DNA of 64,000 bases from positions 5,146,001 to 5,210,000 of the forward strand of contig CAKKNE010000005.1 in NCBI GenBank assembly GCA_918797485.1, in the 5' to 3' direction. The notes beneath the pieces were generated by a model. It ran no database searches. It was not told the DNA's origin and was given only the letters and a program-made list of their open reading frames with translations. This document shows, one piece after another, positions 59,293 to 64,000 of the stretch. Position numbers and translations under genes: made by a program. The stretch is from Pelagomonas calceolata. Its lineage: Eukaryota. How positions within the stretch are numbered: the first letter of the stretch is position 1; each line of letters opens with the position of its first letter.

Positions 59293-60054
59293 CTACGGTA
59301 CGAGGTAACGATCTGACCGACCTTCGTGTATTCGACGATCGTGCCGTCGGGCAGGGCCGCCCTGCCCGGCCCCGGCTTTTGCGTTTTTTGCGAGGTTGAC
59401 GTAGACCATGCGCTTGTCCCCGGGTAACATTAAGATGCACAGTCCCGGCAAGCCGAAGAAGAGGCACGCGAGGCACGCCCATTTCTTCGTCTCCGGGCCC
59501 ACGTAGACCTGTTCGACCCACGTGCCGCCCGCCGTCATGCCCGCGGGCGTGCCTCCATAGGTCCGGAAGACGAGCTTGCGCTCGCCGGTTCCATCGTCCG
59601 CCGCCTTGATGACGTCGAAGATGGTCGCCGGCGTCACCGGCTTGCCATCCACGGACAGAAGCGTGTCGCCCGCCTTCGTCGCGCCCAGGAGCGGCGACGT
59701 CGTTTTTACCACATGCACGGTGCACGTGCCATCTACGAACGAGACCCCGAGCGGCCCGGGCGGGACGCCGACCCTGTACATACCGTGCTTCTCGACCGTC
59801 AGACTGCGGCCTTCCCGGTCGGCGAACTTAATGAGCGTGTCCATCACCGCCTGGCCATCCAGGTTCGTCGTGTCGACGTCGCCCAAGCCCGGACGGGTGA
59901 GCGCGACGATTATGTCCCCGGGCGCGACTTGCCCCGCGACCGGCGAGTCGGTCCTGACCGAGCCGACCGCGGGCGGGCTCCCGACGGCAGTCAGGCCCAG
60001 CTTGCCCGCGGGCAGCTCGTGCTTGACGACCACTTTGGTCTTCTTCACTGCCAT
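59293..60054 (-). CDS. Tandem PDZ-like protein with Cys-rich hydrophobic (BRI3-like) segment; 3' end uncertain
   Basis: PAGKLGL...SPVAGQVAPGD and PPGPLGV...SPLLGA..AGD; YVGPETKKWACLACLFFGLPGLCIL. Confidence 0.7.
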   Translation of the reverse strand: MAVKKTKVVVKHELPAGKLGLTAVGSPPAVGSVRTDSPVAGQVAPGDIIVALTRPGLGDVDTTNLDGQAVMDTLIKFADREGRSLTVEKHGMYRVGVPPGPLGVSFVDGTCTVHVVKTTSPLLGATKAGDTLLSVDGKPVTPATIFDVIKAADDGTGERKLVFRTYGGTPAGMTAGGTWVEQVYVGPETKKWACLACLFFGLPGLCILMLPGDKRMVYVNLAKNAKAGAGQGGPARRHDRRIHEGRSDRYLVP

Positions 60055-60497
60055 GGTATGAGCGAGAGTGTACTTAAGGGTCACCAACGCTAGACTAACC
60101 CTTGGTATGATTGCCAGGGATGGGCAGCCCGCGCATGGTTCTGCGGGCTGTTGTCCAGTCTGCCGAATTGGTTGGGGCAGACTCATCGGCAGAGCAGATC
60201 GGCTCGGCCGCCGAGCCGTCTTCTGGCGCGCCCAGGCCTCGCTGCGCGTCGCCAAGGCTCGCTGCAGTGATGCATGTTGACTGCGATTTGGTTTAAAACC
60301 CGTACAGCCGCACAGACGCGCGCCTGCGGACCGAGCGTTTGTCCGCATTCGTGCCCGGTTGCTATATCCGTGGCGCGCTCGTGGTACCTCCAAGTTTCCT
60401 GCTGCATAGCTGCCCAAAATTCCCATCCGTAAGGGTCGTGAGGGCGTAAAAAACACCTGAGAGCACTCCACGCAAGCGCAGCAATACACGCTACACC

Positions 60498-61487
60498 ATG
60501 CCAGAGCTCCCGGAAGCCGAGGCCCAGCGCAGACTGCTCGACCGCTGCGTCGTCGGGCAGACCATCGAACGCGTCGAGACGAAAGAGCAAGGCGGCGGCG
60601 CGCGCGACGGCCAGCTAGACGACAAAGTACTGGACGGCGACATCGATGCATTGGCCGGCTCCCGCGTCGTCGCCGCGAACCGCAAAGGCAAACAGCTGTG
60701 GCTCGAACTAGACAAGGGCAAAACCAAGCACTGCCTGCTCATCCACCTGGGTATGACGGGCAGCTGCGTCATCAAGGGCGAGGCTCCGCCGTCGTACAAG
60801 GCCTTCTCGATCGACGACGCCTTCCCGCCCAAGTACACGAAGCTCGAGCTCGTAATGGGTGACGGCACGCGCCTGGCCTACTGCGACCCGCGGCGCTTCG
60901 GCCGCGTCAAACTGCGCGGCGCCGAGCCGGAGGAGCTGGCGGCCCTCGCCCCGGACGCCCTCGAGGCTCCTGCCGTCGCCGCGATGCGGAGCGCGTTGAG
61001 CTCGAAGTCGGCTCCTATCAAGGCCGTGCTGCTCGACCAGTCGGCCGTCGTTTGTGGCATAGGCAACTGGGTCGCCGACGAAGTTCTCTACATGTCTAGG
61101 ATTCACCCTGCGACGGCCGCCTCGGCGCTCTCGGCGGACCAAGTAAAGGCGCTGCGCGCGGCCATCGTAAATGTGTGCAAGACGGCCTGCGACGCGAACG
61201 CCGACTCGGAGCAATTCCCGGCGACGTGGCTCTTCCACCACCGCTGGGCGAAGATGACCACGGGTTCGATCGCGTCGCCGATCGGGCGCATCCACTTCGA
61301 CACGATCGGCGGTCGGACGACCGCCTTCCTGCCCGACGTCCAGAAGAAGACGGGCGGGCAGCCCGCGGCGAAGCCTTCGACGAAGCCCGCCGCCGCAAAG
61401 CCCGCTTCAAAGAAGAAGCGCTTGGCGGCGAAGAAACCCTCGGCCGCGAAGAAGCGCCGGGCCTCTCCCAGAAACCTGTCTAAGTAA
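60498..61487 (+). CDS. FPG: Formamidopyrimidine-DNA glycosylase (plant/fungal zinc-less type)
   Basis: Motifs MPELPE, RKGK, HLGMTG, DPRRFG, LLDQ..GIGNWVADEVLY and GGRTT. Confidence 0.95.
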   Translation: MPELPEAEAQRRLLDRCVVGQTIERVETKEQGGGARDGQLDDKVLDGDIDALAGSRVVAANRKGKQLWLELDKGKTKHCLLIHLGMTGSCVIKGEAPPSYKAFSIDDAFPPKYTKLELVMGDGTRLAYCDPRRFGRVKLRGAEPEELAALAPDALEAPAVAAMRSALSSKSAPIKAVLLDQSAVVCGIGNWVADEVLYMSRIHPATAASALSADQVKALRAAIVNVCKTACDANADSEQFPATWLFHHRWAKMTTGSIASPIGRIHFDTIGGRTTAFLPDVQKKTGGQPAAKPSTKPAAAKPASKKKRLAAKKPSAAKKRRASPRNLSK

Positions 61488-61547
61488 ACTTGTCTCTTAG
61501 GCTCGAGACGTCCTCTTGTAGGACGCTCGACGAACGCCGCGTGCACC

Positions 61548-62055
61548 TCACAGGATGCCACAAGTCCCTACGTGAATGATACAGCACACGCAACAGAGGA
61601 GGCACACGGCGCCCAAAACTACGATGACGATGAGAAGCCTGCGCGGGTGGGGCGTCGCCGCGTCGCCGCGCCGCCGACGCGACGATAGTTCTACGGGACG
61701 CCGCGCCGCACCATTTCTCGATGCTACCGACCTTGCCATGCAAACCGCTGTTGAGTTGCATCATCTTGTCCCCGGGCGGCTCGACTGCATGTTGAGACAG
61801 AGAAAAAATTTGTTCCGGGCGGTATTTTGTGGAGGTTCCCTTGGCCTTCGTCACGTCCTGGGACGTGCTGGCGGGCAGGGCCTGAGCATACGCATCTCCG
61901 TGTACGGCAGTGACGTCCGAAAGGCTCGTGGTCGTGTCGGATCTGTTGGCCACGGCGAACGCGAGCCCGCCCGCCAGCGCCAGAACCACGGCGGCGAGGA
62001 CGGCGCCACCGCGGCGGCGACTAGAGGCGGTCAGTAGCGGTGCGTCTTCTGACAT
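61548..62055 (-). CDS. Small two-TM protein with Cys-rich tail; intron 61639-61711
   Basis: Removing the 73-nt GT-AG intron gives ...IEKWLLIVIVVLGAVCLLCCVCCIIHVGTCGIL*. Confidence 0.7.
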
Positions 62056-62384
62056 GTCGAATTCACGTGCCTGCGACGGCGGCGCAAATCAATGGCTGGT
62101 GCTTAGAACACTCTTGGCGAGTTCACGCGTACGACTTGGTCCCTCAGACTTATGCGCGGCGGCACGCGGATGAAGATGGACGCCGAAAATTGCGTCAGTG
62201 GTATTTAACGTCGTTACGGCGATGAAACTCAAGCTCAAATGCTCTGTGCCAAAACCCCCCCCGCTAGCCCCCACGGCGTGCCGCCAGGATTCAACGCGCG
62301 GAGGACGGAGGCGTGGTACAAAAACCGTGCAACACACATGGTCGGCCGTGGGCGGCCGTGCGTAAAGATACCACTATCACGTCA

Positions 62385-63176
62385 CTACTTACGCTTCTTC
62401 GCCTTCGACTTCTTCTTCACCGTCTCGGCCGCCGGCACCGTCTGCTCGGGCAGCGAGAAGAGCCTCACGAGAGCATCGTCGTCCTGGATCTTGTGCATCG
62501 TGTGCGATATTTTGCTCATGATCCGCGACTTCTGGTCCTCCGTGATGTCGGGCTGTTTGGCCAGCACGCTCCACGCGAAGTCCACGGAAGACGCGCACCG
62601 CTCGTCGGTCACGGCGTCGACGTGCTGCGTGGTATTCGTATAAGCAATCAATTCGTCGATCGACCGGGGCGGCGGCTTCTGCTCGTAGTCGCGCCCGACC
62701 GACGGCGGCACGTAGACGTACGTCGTCGGCCCCGGCGTGCTCATGTCCCGCCTCACGAAGTCGCGCACGGCCTGCTGCATCGGCACCTCGGCCCCCTTGG
62801 GCATGCGGCGCAGGGCCGTGCCGTCGTGGTCGTCGATCATCGTGACCGAGTGCTCCAGCACGTCGCGCACGCGCGGCATCGATGTCGATGGTGGCGCGTC
62901 GCCGCCCCGGCCGCGGCCGCGGCCACGCCCGCGGCCCTCGCCGCGGCCGCGCCCCCGGCCGGCGGCTTGGCGCGCGTCGCCGCCGCGCCCGCGCCCGCGG
63001 CCTGATGCGCGCGCGGCCTGCTTTTGCTTGGCGCTGGGCGCCTGCTTTTTTGGTGTCTGTTTGGCTGGTGTCGCCGGCGCGTCGGTGGCGTCCGCCGCAA
63101 ACGCTCGGCTGTGCCGTGGCGCTGCTTGTGGTGCTTGTGGTGCGCGCCGCAGGGCGCGCGCGGCGGTGCGCAGCAT
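62385..63176 (-). CDS. Hypothetical mitochondrion-targeted protein with RG repeats
   Basis: MLRTAARALRR...RAF presequence and GRGRG tract. Confidence 0.65.
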   Translation of the reverse strand: MLRTAARALRRAPQAPQAAPRHSRAFAADATDAPATPAKQTPKKQAPSAKQKQAARASGRGRGRGGDARQAAGRGRGRGEGRGRGRGRGRGGDAPPSTSMPRVRDVLEHSVTMIDDHDGTALRRMPKGAEVPMQQAVRDFVRRDMSTPGPTTYVYVPPSVGRDYEQKPPPRSIDELIAYTNTTQHVDAVTDERCASSVDFAWSVLAKQPDITEDQKSRIMSKISHTMHKIQDDDALVRLFSLPEQTVPAAETVKKKSKAKKRK

Positions 63177-63464
63177 CTCAGCGGTGGGCTATCCGATGAA
63201 TGTCGCGTCGCAGCGCAGCAAGGGAGCACGAATGGGTGATTGTGCGAGTCCTTTTGGGCTCCTGCCGCGGCGAGTTTGCTTGCCGCTCTCCGGCTGCAAA
63301 GCGTCCTTACGCCAGCCTATTGCTGGCAAATTTCTCACAACGAGCCGAACACATCAATTTTAGAGCTCTGCCGCCGGCAGCACGCACAGAAACGCGTCGC
63401 AGCGTGGTGAGCAACAGGGAGCCCCTGTGCTCAGCAGCCACGCGTAGCTGCAGCCGAGCCACAG

Positions 63465-64000
63465 ATGGCGGCCTTTACGCATGAGTATCGAGCACCACCG
63501 GGCTGGAGCGTCGACGGCCTCGCCCTCATGGCGGCGCGATCCGCGGTGGAGCGGGCGGCGCTCGCGTGCGCGAGGTCCCGGCTGGACGGCGACGACTGGG
63601 TCGGTGCGCTGGATCTGCTGAGTGCGGACACGCTTGCGCCTTACGCGAGCGTGGAGCTCGAGTGCGGCGCCGCCGACGTCGCCTGGGCGGACGGCGTCGT
63701 CGTCGTCGCTCGCGACGACGGCCACCTTGGATTTCATAATTGGCAAACCGGGGCGGCCGTCGTGGCGCCGGTCGTCGCCCACGCGGGAAGCGTCCGAGCC
63801 GTCGCGCGCAGCGGGCACCGCACCGTGGCCTCGACCGGCGACGACGGCGTCGTCCGGCGTTGGGACCTGCGCGAGGGCTCGCAGCTCGTGCACGAGCATT
63901 ATGGTCATACCGATGGCTGCTGTGCGATCGCGTGGTGGGACGCTACGGACACGCTCGCGTCGGGCGGCCGCGACTGCACCGTCAGGATATGGGACGGGCG
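63465..64000 (+). CDS. WD40 protein resembling methylosome protein 50 (WDR77); runs off the window
   Basis: SRLDGDDWVGAL, ECGAADVAW...VARDDG, STGDDGVVRRWDL and SGGRDCTVRIWD. Confidence 0.7.
   Translation, partial: MAAFTHEYRAPPGWSVDGLALMAARSAVERAALACARSRLDGDDWVGALDLLSADTLAPYASVELECGAADVAWADGVVVVARDDGHLGFHNWQTGAAVVAPVVAHAGSVRAVARSGHRTVASTGDDGVVRRWDLREGSQLVHEHYGHTDGCCAIAWWDATDTLASGGRDCTVRIWDG

Noticed and set aside
58958..59400. Programmed frameshift or extra exons at the PDZ gene 3' end (ALPDGTIVEYTK frame)
   Set aside because: I could not define consistent splice sites; an ordinary intron is more likely than recoding.
48573..61487. Bacterial operon or contamination (rsmG, fpg, FKBP)
   Set aside because: Eukaryotic targeting peptides, host-like codon use and intron-containing neighbours are present, and these families are common in algal nuclei.

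Overview
GC-rich, very gene-dense eukaryotic nuclear DNA with about 45 mostly single-exon genes. Several features point to a pelagophyte alga such as Pelagomonas or Aureococcus (inference): signal-peptide-led plastid proteins, short GT/GC-AG introns, a RING-CH/TPR family member and introner-type introns. Recognisable genes include ALG13, pyridoxal kinase, a CaMK-type kinase, a cPLA2-like phospholipase, an S9 peptidase, RsmG, Fpg, FKBP, PAP-fibrillin, a DEAD-box helicase, a BAG co-chaperone, a PHO88-like protein and a WDR77-like protein. Main observations: (1) two TIR/8-bp-TSD elements inserted in opposite orientations in one ankyrin gene, each removable as an intron; (2) a 20-23-bp CTAG-bounded motif found 12 times, upstream of genes and mostly oriented toward them; (3) a small CaaX-peptide gene whose introns hold box C/D-like RNAs with GTGA D boxes; (4) a CID-cyclin-cold-shock-zinc-knuckle-RS fusion protein followed by a hairpin/AUUAAA repeat array; (5) a TGATG stop-start overlap between two ORFs; (6) unusual domain fusions; (7) a head-to-head junction of two 5'-truncated genes. 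All calls were made by eye. No database searches were run, and intron boundaries are predictions.
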